A program made the translations under genes and the position numbers. A stretch of DNA of 64,000 nucleotides from Callorhinchus milii (lineage: Eukaryota), in contig NW_024704743.1 of assembly GCF_018977255.1 (NCBI RefSeq), positions 74,278,001 to 74,342,000 of the forward strand, written 5' to 3'. Each line of letters starts with the position of its first letter. Positions within the stretch are counted from its first letter, which is position 1. The notes under the pieces were generated by a model. It saw only the letters and a list, made by a program, of their open reading frames with translations, was not told where the DNA came from and did no database searches. Shown piece by piece: positions 13,271 to 26,045 of the stretch.

Positions 13271-15759
13271 AGGTTTAAGTAAAGAGTAAACACAAGCCCT
13301 TGGTACCATATATGGAACATTATTGTTCTTAGTTCATTGCTTGACAACTCTCTGTATGAACTATTGATTCCTGGCATTTACTATTCAACTTCCTTTAAGA
13401 AGAGAGGGGTTTTAATGCTGCGATATTATCCATGTTATTGCTTTGCTCTACCAACTCCACACTGTTTCATTATATTGGGGTCTAATTTGTGTTCACGGGT
13501 ACCAGTAACTCTCTCTTGAAGCTACTCAATATAGCCCTAATGCATTGGTCACTTAGATAGCACCAAAGTCCACCCCATCCTATTAGAAAAATGGCCTGTT
13601 TGGTACTGTGCAAGGATCTTTTATTGGAACAAGCTTGAAACACATCATGACATCAGCTAATATTGTGCTCTTTGTGTGTAGGACACTCACCAATAGAATC
13701 AGCACCCTCACAAAATGTACACAATCATATATTAAATTTAGTCAATATAGTAGGTGTAAAAGCTAGCAAAACACTATGAACAGGAGGGTATCTATTATTT
13801 GCCAAATGTAACATCTGATCTTGATAAAGCCAATGATTTGTTGAATGCTTCTGTTCAATGGTTGAATAATATTGAAGTTGATTAAAAAATAAATGAAAAT
13901 AATATTGAAAATGGGACACAGGATCAGTTAGTTCATCACATTACAAAAGCTGCAAACTGCAGTATCTGTCGTTGTCAAATTGCAAACTCAAATCAATAAA
14001 AGTAACATTGGTTTCTTGACAAAACTGCAAACTTTATAACTTAAGGTACCATATCAATGAACATGTAAGTTAAATGTAAGAAATATTTAATATTATTTGT
14101 TGTAGAGAAAATAACTTAAACAGTTAATCCTTGATAGACTGTTTGGACCATTGTCACGTTCTGTGGGCAAAGGTTCTCATAAAGTGGAGCTAGAATTATG
14201 TCTAGGACAGATGTAGTCGACAGAAATGTCAAAAAGCAATGTTAATCTTTATCATTACGGGATAAATTCAACTATTTATATTCACATTATACATTGACTG
14301 ATTTTGCATTTGCCTTGTGGCACACTTTTGTTATTCCAGTTCCTGGGCCACTACATGTTATGTCAAGCCATATGTGGAGCCATCTATTATGTAGAAGATT
14401 TAATGCGTTATAATTAGCCAAAGGGACAGATTCAGTGCTGGAGGCCGCAAAGTTTGATGTACACACAAAATGTAATAAACATAAAAGTAGGCAGCTCAAG
14501 ATTACTCCTAGCACTTTCTAGCAGTGCTTAAAGGACTTACTTTAACAATGCAAAGCTTATGTTTGTTCTGCCAAAGATCATCATTAAAATAAAATTCAAA
14601 ACAGTAACCGATGTCTAAGAAAATTGGGACATTTTTAACATAAAGTCTACAGCACCAGTACAGGCGTTTTGGCCCAATTAGTCCACCCCGGTGTTTGTAC
14701 TCCACATGAGCCTCCACCCATTTCTCATCCCGTCTCTCTAGCCTCCTCTGTTTCCTTCTTTTTGATGTATGAACTACATTTTCTCTTAAATGCATTGATA
14801 CATCCTGTAGCTTAGTGGTTAAAGCACTCGCCTCGCAAGCGAGAGAACCTGGATTTGATTCCCAGGCAGGCTGAAACGTTGGGCCATTGGGTTTGCTGGT
14901 TGAATGTGAGGAAATAAAGATATATTTTCAAAAATATTCTTAGGACTATTGCAAATTGTAAAAATGTTTTAAAAGGCACATTTCATACAACTTATAGGTA
15001 TTATTAATGCATCCCGTTTAGTCCTAGAGGTACTGTCCCTTATTATTAGCGCTTTTTTCATGGAAGCAGTACTCCTGTCTGCCACTGGAAGTCACACTAG
15101 ACTTGGACATTTTTATTACCAAGCAATAGAAATATTACAAAGATCACATGAAATTTGGAGATTGATGATTAGTTGTTCAAATTTAGACTCCTATAAGTAA
15201 CCTCAGCATTTCTGGGCTAGAGAAGGGAAAATCAACCAAGGTTTCCTCTTGAAAGGTTTCCATTGAAGTCTGCTTAGAAATATACATGAGGCCTATTGGT
15301 TATTTGTTTCATGGCTATTTGTGGGACATTGCTGTGTGCAATTGGGCTGTGGTGTTCACCTACAAATGCATAGTAAATCCTGTGAAGGGCTTTGAGACAT
15401 GTTACTGACATGAAATAGCAGAAAAATCAAGCTTTATTATTATTATATTAATTTCTGTAATTTTAGACGGCTTTAAGACAAGTCTCATTTAAGGTTAATA
15501 AGTATTAGCAAAGACATGTTACGTTCTATAATAGAAGGGACCAAAATGGAGATTAGAAGTATAGAGAGTGGAGCGCACAATAATAATAATTTCACAAGTT
15601 AGAAGATGCCACAGATCAGTCAGGGTTGTCTGTTTATTCTTGAAATTAAGTAATAAATCTGCAGGTAGAAAGGGTTCAAATTATAAACCATTCCCATGTA
15701 CTGTAGTTTATCATTGTTGTGCTTCAGAGAGGAAGGAAGGATATTTGGTCACAATAATC

Positions 15760-16095
15760 TGAGTCCTGTAGCTGCAGGGGTTAGAGCCCTTGCTTTGCAA
15801 GCGAGAGACCTGAGTTCAATCCCAGGCAGAGGGTGAAACCTTGGGCAAGTTTCCTTACTCCACACGCCTAATAACAATCCCTCCAAAACCCAAAACAATA
15901 ATAAATTGGTCATTTTCAATCCACGACTGTGTGTGGGACATTGCTGTGCGCCATTGGCTGCTGCGTTCGCCCACAAATATACAGTCAATTCACTTTACAG
16001 TGTGTTCTGTGAAGCGCTTTGGGATGTCCTCCCGACGTGAAAAGCGCTATATCAAATGCAAGGATTATTATTATTATAATCATAATAATAATATC
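15760..16095 (+). mobile_element. tRNA-headed SINE
   Basis: Full head, body and (TTA/TAA)n tail. Confidence 0.92.
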
Positions 16096-17629
16096 ATTTG
16101 GCATAACACATTTCTTACCAGGAAGATGTTTTAAAGGATTTTACTGTAAAGCATTAGTGACTGTGTATTTTTAGGGTGACATGTTCCTCTAAGTGAAACT
16201 TTGAACTGTTGCATAATTATGCCTCTACAGGAAGAGTTAGTTATGCAGGAGTTGCATCTAGTACCAGTTCATTCTCCTATTGATCACAGTCATTCTCTAA
16301 ACAAAACATGAATAGTTACAACAGACACAGGCTTCACATTTGCTGGACATTCTAGTGTGAAAGAGGAGGGAGAATACAATCACTCTTTTATCTTCATACT
16401 ACCTACATAAAACACACAGTACTTTACAGTATATCCTGTGAAGCAGTTTGGGGCATCCTCCCAACGTGCTTTACCAAATGTAAGGATTATTACTCCCAAC
16501 TTCCAAAAGAAGCCACTTTAAAGAACTGCTGGTTTGAGCAAACACCAGATCCTCTGCTGTCAGAAAAGACCAGCGTGGGATACATACTCTGTTTCAACAC
16601 AAAGAGGTAACAAACTTCTCAAGTTATATTTCTAGATCCGGTGACCTTACTATTGGAATCACTAGAAAGGACATTTGGTTCTCAAGAACAAGTTGAGAAT
16701 TTCCTTCATGATGCGCAAAGTCGTTTTGATGCTAACTACAGTTGTACATACCAGTCGTCTCACCATACCGTTCTATGTGCTGGGCCTGTGCAACCACATT
16801 AAATTTATGCCAATACCTGATGGATAAAGAACACGAGAATTCTTTGGGTGCCTACGTTCCTCAGGGAACCCACTTCCCCATTCTTGCACCAGTACTCCCC
16901 AAACCCTGACAACCCCCTGGTGAGTGGAAGTGATTCATTCCCTTTGTGCCATCTTCCTCTCAAAACAGTGGCACTTTCCCAATAACCAGGGCCAGATGGC
17001 AATTTTCATCAATGGTGCTCAAAATGAGTAGCCTTCTGTCGGAGATGCAGAGGAGCAGAAGGCAAGGCAACAGTCAGTGTTGAGGAAAATATAGCATACA
17101 TCACTGCATTCTTGGCAGAGTCTGCAGAGGCAACTGTTCCCCACCTTAAAAGCAAGCTGCAACCTGAAGCTACCCACGAATGTAAATGAACTGAAATGAC
17201 CCACTTAGAGTTACTGTCTCTTCAATTCAAGTTATTACCGGGTTCACAGTTCAATAACTTTAAAAATACTTGTGCATTGCTTGGACTCTGATAGAAAGGT
17301 CGCAGCACCTTAAAGATTGTCCCTCAGGAAGAGAGACACATTCACAGATGCAGGTGGTTTAGTAAAAGAAGGCATCTTGTAGAGGCAATATACTACAGAG
17401 GGGTATCTTTACTGAGGAAACAACTGTGGAATACTGCTTCTGCTGAGACAGCAAACAATGACTGGTCTGTGTTAACAGGAACCCTGGACAACAAACTACA
17501 TCACCCTCCCTATAGTTCTATTGGTAACAGCTACATTCAGCATTTATTCTTCAGGCAACTTCCAAACACTAGTAATTTATTGGTTATCAGCCAGGGCAAT
17601 GTGTCTCACTGCATCCATAAAGTTCCCAA

Positions 17630-18230
17630 TGCCATATGTTCTAAGCTGGCAAGGCAAAGGTGAGGAGGTAAAGTTAAATTTATATAAAACCTTGATTGGA
17701 CCACATTTAGAGTACTGTGTCCAATTCTGGTCACCACACTATAAGAAGGATTTAACATCAAAAGAATGAGTATAGTGTAGGTTTACTGGGATGATACCAG
17801 AGCTCTAAGGTTACAGCTATCAGAATAGATTGTCTAGTTTAGGCCTTTTTTTGCTCAAGAAGCGATGTTTACGAGTACACCTAATAGAGATGTTTAAAAT
17901 TATAAAAGGGTTTGATGGTTAGCACAGATAGGTTGTTTGGGGAGTCCGTAACCAGTGGACACAAGTATAAAATGGTACCTAGAGGATTTAAAAGAGAATT
18001 TAGGAGGAACTACTTCACACAAAAGGTAGTGAGATTGTGGAACTTGCTGCCTGAAGCAATGGTTGAATCAGAATCACATTTAAGAGGAAGCTAGACCTTC
18101 ACATGACAGTGAGGGGAATAGAAAGGTAGGGGTGGGTTTAAGGAGTGGGTGGTGACTCCTGTGGAATATAAACATGAGCGTGAGCTGGTTGGGCCGAAAG
18201 GCCTGTTTCCATGTTGTACATCCTTTGTAA
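17630..18230 (+). mobile_element. CR1 LINE 3' fragment
   Basis: LYKTLIGPHLEYCVQFWSPHYKKD; FTQKVVRLWN. Confidence 0.9.
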
Positions 18231-18289
18231 GTCTTTGAAATCCTTTGTAAATTATATCTGCTTATAGTATAATATCTGCCATACCTAAA

Positions 18290-19060
18290 GGACAGGGGAG
18301 GCAGCATTGTGTTTCAAGAGTTGCTATAATTCCTTAGTTTGAGAGTGCTAGACACAGCACAAAGATATGTACAGTTCATAATTGAGTCCTGTAGCTCAGT
18401 GGTTAGAGCACTCGCCTTGCAAGAGAGACCTGGGTTTGATTCCCAGCAGGGTGAAACCTTGGGTAAGTTGACTTACTCCACACACCTGATAATAATCCCT
18501 CAAGAAAAAAAAATAATAATTTGGTCACTCAATCCACGACTGTTTGTGGGACACTGCTGTATGCAATTGGCTTCCGCGTTTCACCCACAAATATACAGTC
18601 AATTCACAGTATATTCTGTGAAGCGCTTTGAGATATATAGATGTGATAAGTGCTATGTCAAAATGCAAGGATTATTATAATATTATTATAAATCCCATCA
18701 AGAATTTTCTAACAGAAGGATGAGGCTTCTATTCGATTAAGGTGCAGGTGGTTGCATCATTCAATAAAACTATTCTGAATGATTGTACCTAGTAGCCAGC
18801 ATGTTTAATAGGAGAAATCCATGTAATGGCTGGATTGTAGGAGACTGGACATATCCCCTGAGTCTCTGGCTATTGTCCCACTTAACAGCCTGGAACAGCA
18901 CACGAAAGGAAGACACACTCGGCTACCTGAGCAGTGTTGGAGGACTGTTGGCATCCTCAAACAATTATTCTGGTACTGGACAGGTTAGGTAGACTTTTTT
19001 GATACACTTCGGAGTAAAATTACTCTCATCTGCCGGGTGTTGCACAATATCGATATGGAA
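18290..19060 (+). mobile_element. Ancient PIF/Harbinger transposase remnant (split by a SINE)
   Basis: Collinear motifs across frameshifts: NRR..GFYSIKVQVVA (18711-18754), [35 protein letters not shown]; these match Harbinger DDE motifs NRKGFxSxNVQ, LLGDxGYPL, IERxxGxLKxRF, LHN. Confidence 0.72.
18383..18690 (+). mobile_element. tRNA-headed SINE
   Basis: Full-length copy inside the Harbinger remnant. Confidence 0.9.
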
Positions 19061-19071
19061 AAGACATATTA

Positions 19072-19386
19072 TATAATAATAATCCTTGCATTTGATATAG
19101 TGCTTTTCATGCCTTGTCGACATCTCAAAGCGTTTCACAGAATAGACTGTAAAGTGAACTGACTGTATATTTGTCGGCGAAAACGCAGCAGCCAATTGCG
19201 CACAGTAGTGTCCCACAAACAGTCGTGGATTGAAAATGACCAGTTTATTATTGTTTTGTTTATTGGAGGGATTATTATTAGGCGCCTGGAGTAAGGAAAC
19301 TTGCCCAAGGTTTCACCCTGCCTGAAATTGAACCCAGGTGTCACGCTTGCAAGGCGAGTACTCTAACCACTGAGCTACAGGACTCC
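19072..19386 (-). mobile_element. tRNA-headed SINE
   Basis: Full-length antisense copy. Confidence 0.92.
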
Positions 19387-19404
19387 TATTATTATACTAC
19401 ATGT

Positions 19405-19785
19405 GGAGTCCTGTAGCTCAATGGTTAGAGCATTCACCTCGCAAGTGAGAGACCTGGGTTTGATTCCAGGCAGGGCAAAATGTTGGTTAAGTTTCCTTAC
19501 TCCACACGCCTCTGTTTACGTAGCAGTAAATAGGTTGTTAGTTGATTGGTGGATCGCTTTTCTGGGGATAATAATTCCTTCAAAAAAATAATAATAATAA
19601 ATAGGTCACTTCAATCCACGACTGTTTGTGAGACACTGCTGTGCGCAATTGGCTGCCGCGTTTTGCCCACAAATATACAGTCAATTCACTTTACAGTATA
19701 TTCTGTGAAGCGCTTTGAGACATCTCAAAGATGTGACAAGGCTTTATATCAAATACAAGGATTAGTATTATTGTTATTATTATTG
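19405..19785 (+). mobile_element. tRNA-headed SINE (long subfamily)
   Basis: Full-length, includes extra GCCTCTGTTTAC..GCAGTAAATAGG segment. Confidence 0.92.
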
Positions 19786-20199
19786 TAGTGCCACTTAACC
19801 ATTCTTCACTTACTTTACATTGTTACTTGTTATTTGCCATATCTTTGGTTTGTGGGTGTCTTTTACAGTGGTACTTTACCTTGGCATTACTGAATATATC
19901 CTGTTTAAATGACTTATTACTGAATACATTCCTTTAAAATACCTAATGTGTGTGTTAAGCAGCTTCATGTCTTATCTGGCTGGAACACATTCAAATATTT
20001 TAATGAACTTCATGCAGAAATTCCAGGTATGTTACCCATCAGCTTTCCCACATGTTATTAAAATATTTCCTTTACTTTTGTTCCCTTACAGGAAATTGTC
20101 TCTCAACATTCAGTGAAAAATAGTTAATCATTTACATTTATTAAATTGTTGATTGTCTGAAGCAATTGGTCCATTTTGTATGCGCGGATATTGGAAGAT

Positions 20200-20830
20200 A
20201 ATCAACAACAAGATTACATTTGTATAGCGCCTTTCACGTCGGGAGGACGTTCCAAGGCTCTGGACAGTGTACAGCATTTCAGACCCGAGCTGGGTTCGGG
20301 GGGGAAGAGAGGGGAGGGGAAGGGAGCTGGACGATGGCAAGGTCGAAGAGGAGGGTCTTGAGGCGGGACTTGAAGGAGGCTAAGGAGGGAGTGAGGCTGA
20401 GTGACTGGGGGATGGAATTCCAGAGTTGGGGGCAGAGTGGCTGAAGGCTCTCTCGCCAACGGGTCGGAGGACGTGGAGCAGGCCAGAGCCGGCTGAGCGG
20501 AGGAAACGGGCAGGTTGGTAGGGGCTTAGGAGGTTGCAGAGGTAGGGTAGGGCGAGATCATGGAGGGCTTTGTAGGTGAAGACCAGGATCTTGAACTGGA
20601 TCCTCTGAAGGATAGGGAACCAATGGAGTCAGGCGAGAATGGGGGAGATGGGGTCACAGAATTTGGTGCGGGAGAGGACACGGGCTGCAGAGTTCTGGAT
20701 TATCTACAGCCTGTGGAGGGAGGAGTTGGGAAGGCTGACAAGCAGGGCGATTGCATAGTCGAGCCTGAAGGTGATGAAGGCATGAACAAGAGTTTCAGTG
20801 GCCTGAGGGGTGAGGTAGTGGTGGAATCAA
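20200..20830 (-). mobile_element. L2 LINE 3' fragment (young)
   Basis: Close reverse complement of 46850-47475. Confidence 0.9.
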
Positions 20831-21079
20831 TGCGAATTAATGTGAACAATCAAAATCCTGACTTTGATATTGTCACAGTAACAGCAAAAGAAAAAAACAG
20901 GATAAAGCAGATTGAAAAAACAATGATTTATATTTATATTGCACCCTTCATGTAAAAGAACACCTCAAATCACTTAACAAATATTATGCTTATCTGAAAG
21001 ATAGCACCTCTCACAATGGAGCACTCCTCCACCACTGCACTGCAGTGTCAGTCTTGACCATGTCAAGTCACTGATATAT

Positions 21080-21710
21080 TTCTTGAACCTCTCCCACCAA
21101 ATGCTGTCGAAACCCTCATCCATGCTTTTATCACCTCTTGCCTTGACTTCCTAAATGCACTACTCACTGGTCTCCCCATTTTTGAAATCCACCAAGGTCC
21201 AGCTAGTCCAAAACTCAAACGCTCTTCTCCTCACCTAACTCAACTCTGCCCATTTCTTCAGTCTTCACTAGGTTCCACTGGCTACCTGTTTCAGAACCAA
21301 TCAACCTCAAGGTCCTCACCCTTACATATAAGTCGATTCATGCCCTAACACCTCGCTATACATATAAATCCCTTCATGGCCTAATACCTATCTCTTTGAT
21401 CTGCTCATAGCCCACTCCTCTGCTTGTCCCTTCACGCAGCTGACACAGACCTGTTGTGTGTCCCCCACTCTCTTAATGGGAGAAACCAACATTGGTGACT
21501 GAGCCTTCAGTCAGTATTCCCCCAACCTCTGGAACTCCTGTCTCTATTCCTCTGCTTCATCTCTTCTCTACGTATCTTCAAATCCCATTTAAAACCTACT
21601 TCATCCACCACACCACATCTTCATTTCCCCCATCCTCCTAACTCAGCATTGAACCCCATCTCTGGGAATCCCTCTGAGACATTATCCTATGTGAAAGGCT
21701 ATATGAACAC
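21080..21710 (+). mobile_element. L2 LINE 3' fragment (old)
   Basis: ETLIHAFITSCLDF, FHWLPV, LWNS motifs. Confidence 0.8.
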
Positions 21711-22029
21711 AACCCACAATCTTCTGAGCCAGTGGTGAGAATACTACCTATTATGGAGTCACTCCATTTAACAGTAAATTCTGTGAAGCACTTTGAGACA
21801 TTCTCCCGACGTGAAAAACTCTAAATCACTATACAAGCAAGATTATTATTTCTGGGGAGAAACCCATAGTACTTTAACTAGAGCAGTTAAAGTATCTGTG
21901 AATGGAGCTGAGGATGCTGGTGAGAATTTTGGAACGATCTATCTTCAAGGTACTGAAGTTGTGAGTGAGGGTTTCATAGTTATAAAGGCAATTAATATTG
22001 GTAAACATAAAACTGAATAAATAACGATC

Positions 22030-22335
22030 CTCACATTCCAATTCCTGGCACCTCCCAACATCTCCGACCTGTCCCCCGTGCCCTCCGTTCTACCATTGGT
22101 GGCCGTGCATTCAGCCACTATGCCCCGAAACTCTGGAACACTCTTCCTCTATCCCTTCACCTTGCCCCTTTCTTTTCCATTTTCAGGTTGCGCCTAAAGA
22201 CCTTCCTATTCGACCGTGCCTATGGTCACCTCCCCTTTCCCCTTTGACTTGGAGTCATGCTCCGCAACTGTCAAGCAATCTGGGACGCTACCCTGCATGA
22301 GGGACACTATATAAATGTAAGCTGTTACTGTTGTT
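22030..22335 (+). mobile_element. L2 LINE 3' end
   Basis: IGGRAFSHYAPKLWNTLP and tail. Confidence 0.85.
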
Positions 22336-22449
22336 GCCCATCTTTTCACCCTGCCTGGGAATTGAACCCAGGTCCTGAGCAGAATTCATTTCAAACAGTA
22401 AAAATATGTTTCTGAAGACATCAAAATATATTTTCACTGATTACATTAT

Positions 22450-22750
22450 CTATCAAATTGGAGACTAGCTCATAATAAAATTTTTGCCATTATGAATTTG
22501 AAGTAAAAGGATTTTCCATGTCCATTGTACTTCACAAAGTATTCCGAGGCATGTCATTTCACAGACTAATTTTGACATGAATCAGATACTAGTCTGTTCT
22601 CCAAAAACAGAAATGACAAGTTTGGGTGAAGAAGATGTAATGTATATGTGGGGATCTACTGTGTTTCTGCATCTACTGTACAGGGGTCATTGGAGGCCAC
22701 ATATAGCTTCATCTTATGTTGAAACTGCTGAGGATGATTACGCAGAACTA
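22450..22750 (+). mobile_element. Possible Harbinger N-terminal remnant
   Basis: ISQT followed by VQG/VIGGHI resembling ISQ..VQGAIDGTHI; weak. Confidence 0.25.
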
Positions 22751-22939
22751 TATGATAATAAAGAACTGCACACTGCCATTATAGAAACTGCAGAGCATTT
22801 AATGAAACATGATTAATGGGGTCCTATTGAGGATATACTGACCATTGAAGTTATGACCCTTCAATAAAAGGAAACCTATAGTCTAGCTGGCCATAGTTTA
22901 AGTGCACTTGATATTCAGGATAAGAATTGAGCTACAGTT

Positions 22940-23385
22940 ATTCGAATTCAAGATCCTCACCCTCACCTACAAGGCCATTCACGGCCTTGCTCCCTCCTAC
23001 CTCTCCGACCTACTATCCCCCTACCTACCCGCCCGTACCCTCCGTTCCTCTGGCTCCGGTCTGCTCCACATCCCCCGCCCCAACCGCCCTACTATCGGTG
23101 GCCGGGCCTTCAGCCTCTCAGTCCCTAGGCTCTGGAACTCTATCCCCCAGTGCCTTCGCCGCCTCCTCCCTTTCCTCCTTCAAGGCCGGTCGCAAGACCT
23201 TTCTCTTTGACCGTGCCTTCAGCTCCCCTCTCGACTCTCTACCCCCTCCTCGCTCCCTCCCTTCCCTCCCCTCACCCTTACCATTTCCCCCCAATGCTCG
23301 GGTCCTGACCCAACTGTACAGCGCCTTGGGACGTCCTCCCGACGTGAAAGGCGCTCAATAAATGGAATCTTCTTGTTGTTGTTGT
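22940..23385 (+). mobile_element. L2 LINE 3' end
   Basis: FKILTLTYKAIHGLAPSYLSDLL..IGGRAFS..LWNSIP, stem-loop tail, (TTG)n. Confidence 0.92.
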
Positions 23386-23599
23386 ACAGTTAGGTAACAA
23401 GGAGCCACTTTAACAACACCAGTATAAATGCTCCAGTGAAAACCAACTGAAGAGAATCAATGAGAAGGCAGTGAAGCAGATTGCAAGTGCCATTATTAAT
23501 GCCATAATGATAAAGCAGGAAAGAGAAGATTTACAGAGTTCAATTGATTGCAGCCAACCACCTTTGTAAGAAAGAGATTAAAAAGAGAATGGAGAAGCC

Positions 23600-24950
23600 A
23601 AGAAACAACTTGGTAAGGGACATAACAGTAAATACAAAACATAACTCCCCAACATTTTATCAATATTACAACAGTAGGAGGGTAGTCAGGAAACATGTTA
23701 AATAAAACCTGAAGGGATTCAAATGTGGTTGAAAAAGAGAATGAACAAGAGATAGCAAACATATTAAATATCTGCATCCTGGAGGTTTTTACCAGGGAGC
23801 ACATTAAAAACATGCCTCCAACAGCCAGCAAACATTGTTTGAGCTCTAGGACTTTAATATACAGGAGTCTGAGATACTGAATATGATCAAGGCCACAAAA
23901 CTATCAAATCTCCTGGGATGGATGAACTGCAATCCAATATGTTTAGGAAAACAAGGCAAGACATTTGTGTAGCACCTCCAGACATTATGAGGGAGTCAAT
24001 TTGGATTGGGGAAGTGCTAACAGACTGGAAGCAAGCAAATGCTGATCCCATATTCAAGAAGGATGACAAAACTAAACTATAGACCAATAAGCCTGACCAA
24101 TAATGAGAAAAAATATGGAGTCAATCATCAGAAAGGAAATGAAGATTATCCAAATAAAGATAATCTAATTAATGACAGCCAACATTGGTTCATAAAGGGT
24201 AGTTCTTGTCTGACTAATCTACAAGACATTTTTGAGCCCAAATTGACTATGAAAATCCATATGATGTATGAGTATAGTAGACTTCCAAAAGGCATTTGAC
24301 AAAATGCCAAAGAGGAAGCTGAAAGAGATCTAGGGATGTTAATTGACTCATCACTCACTATGTGAAAACAATGTGAAGCTGCAATGAACAAGGCAAACAG
24401 GATGCTGGGCTATATTACTAAATCAGTTCAGTTTAGATCCCTAGACTTCATACTCAGGCTGTATAGTGCACTGGTCAGACTGCATACATGATTCCCAGCA
24501 GGGCAAAACCTTGGGAAAGTTTCCTTACTCCACACGCCTGATAATAATCTCTCAAGAAAAAAACAATAATAAACTGGTCACTTCAATCCACGACTGTTTG
24601 TGGGACACTGCTGTGCACAATTGGCTGCCGCATTTCTTCCACAAATATGCACTTTACAATATATTCTGTGAAGCACTTTGAGACGTCTAGAAGACGTGAA
24701 AAGCGCTATATCAAATATAACGATAATTATTATTGTTACACTGAATATAGCATACAGTTCTGGTCACTGCAACATAAGGGAGCTGCCAAGGCCTTAGAGG
24801 CCAAGTAGAGGAGAGCAACGAGGATTATTCTCAGTGTCAGCGGAATGAGCTATGAGCAACGATTAGACAAGCTAAAGCTCTTCAGTCTTCAGAGAAGATG
24901 ACTCGGGGGGACCATTATAGGGGTTACATGAGTGTTCTAGTGGGATGAAA
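23600..24950 (+). mobile_element. CR1 LINE internal fragments (old, deleted)
   Basis: KSPGMDE, DWKQAN..PIFK, NYRPISLT, SQHWFIKGSSCLTNL, ANRMLGYI. Confidence 0.85.
24488..24735 (+). mobile_element. 5'-truncated SINE inserted in a CR1 fragment
   Basis: Body and tail present, head missing; CR1 LYxALVR..CxQFWS motif resumes after it. Confidence 0.85.
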
Positions 24951-25689
24951 TTGGATGGGTCGAAGGGCCTTCTTGATCCAGACCAACATTGAAATTTTGT
25001 AATGTAACACTCATATCCATTCAGGTAATGGGATGACACAGTATACACCAAAGCCATGGCTCTGATTTCGTTGAAACCTTTGCTACTCCTTGAAATCAGT
25101 ATGTTGATAGCTTGCTAGATTTGTGATAACATAAACAAGGCTCGTCTATTTCACTCAGCGTATCTGAATTAATGGTGCTGTTCGCAGTTGCTGCAATGAA
25201 CAGTTTTTTCAATTAATTGCAATACAACAACAACTTGCACTTATATAGCACTCTCCATGCAGGGTAGCATCTCAGAGAGCTTAACAGTGGTGGAACCTGA
25301 CTCTGAGCTGGTGGGAGTGGGGAGGTGACCGTAAGCATGGTCGCAGAGGAAAGTTTTCAGGCAGGACTTGAAAGAGGGGAGAGAGGGGCCAAAACAGAAG
25401 AATTGAGGGAGAGTGTTCCAGAGTTTTGGGGTATAGTGGCTAAAAGCGCTACCTCCGATATAACCTTTCAGCATTTTAAAGAGAATCATATTGTGCTCAG
25501 TCTTTTCTCCAACAAAAACAAATAGAACTCAGCAAGCCTCTCATCATAAATCTGAGCCTTAAGTCTTGGCACCATCCACTATACTCTTGCTTGTCTCTAT
25601 ATCCTTTCCAACACATTAATATTCTTTGAAGTTCAGATACTGAAAATTGCATACATTATGTAAGCAAATTTGCAATCCATGCAATATAT

Positions 25690-26045
25690 TGGAGTCCCGT
25701 AGGTCAGTAGCTAGAGCACTTGCATTGCAAGCAAGAGACCTGGATTTGATTCCGAGCAGGGTGAAACGTGTGGCAAGTTTCCGAACTCCACATGCCTCTG
25801 TTTACCTATTAGTAAGTAGCAACCCAGTTGTTAGTCGATTGGCAGATTGCTTTTCCTAGTGCTAATAAGTCCTTCAAAAAAAAATTGTTCACTCAATCCA
25901 TGACTGTTTGTGGGATGCTGCTGTGCGCAATTGGATGCCACGTTTCGCCCACAAAGTATAGTTAACTCACATTACAGTATATTCTGTGATGTCTCAAAGA
26001 CGTGATAAGTCACTATGTCAAATGTAAGGATTATTATGATTATTT
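25690..26045 (+). mobile_element. tRNA-headed SINE (long subfamily)
   Basis: Diverged full-length copy. Confidence 0.88.

Noticed and set aside
16500..17450. Possible Tx1/L1 remnant or exon (PGPDG-like, Cys-rich words)
   Set aside because: Motifs too weak and out of expected spacing; no convincing splice-bounded frame.
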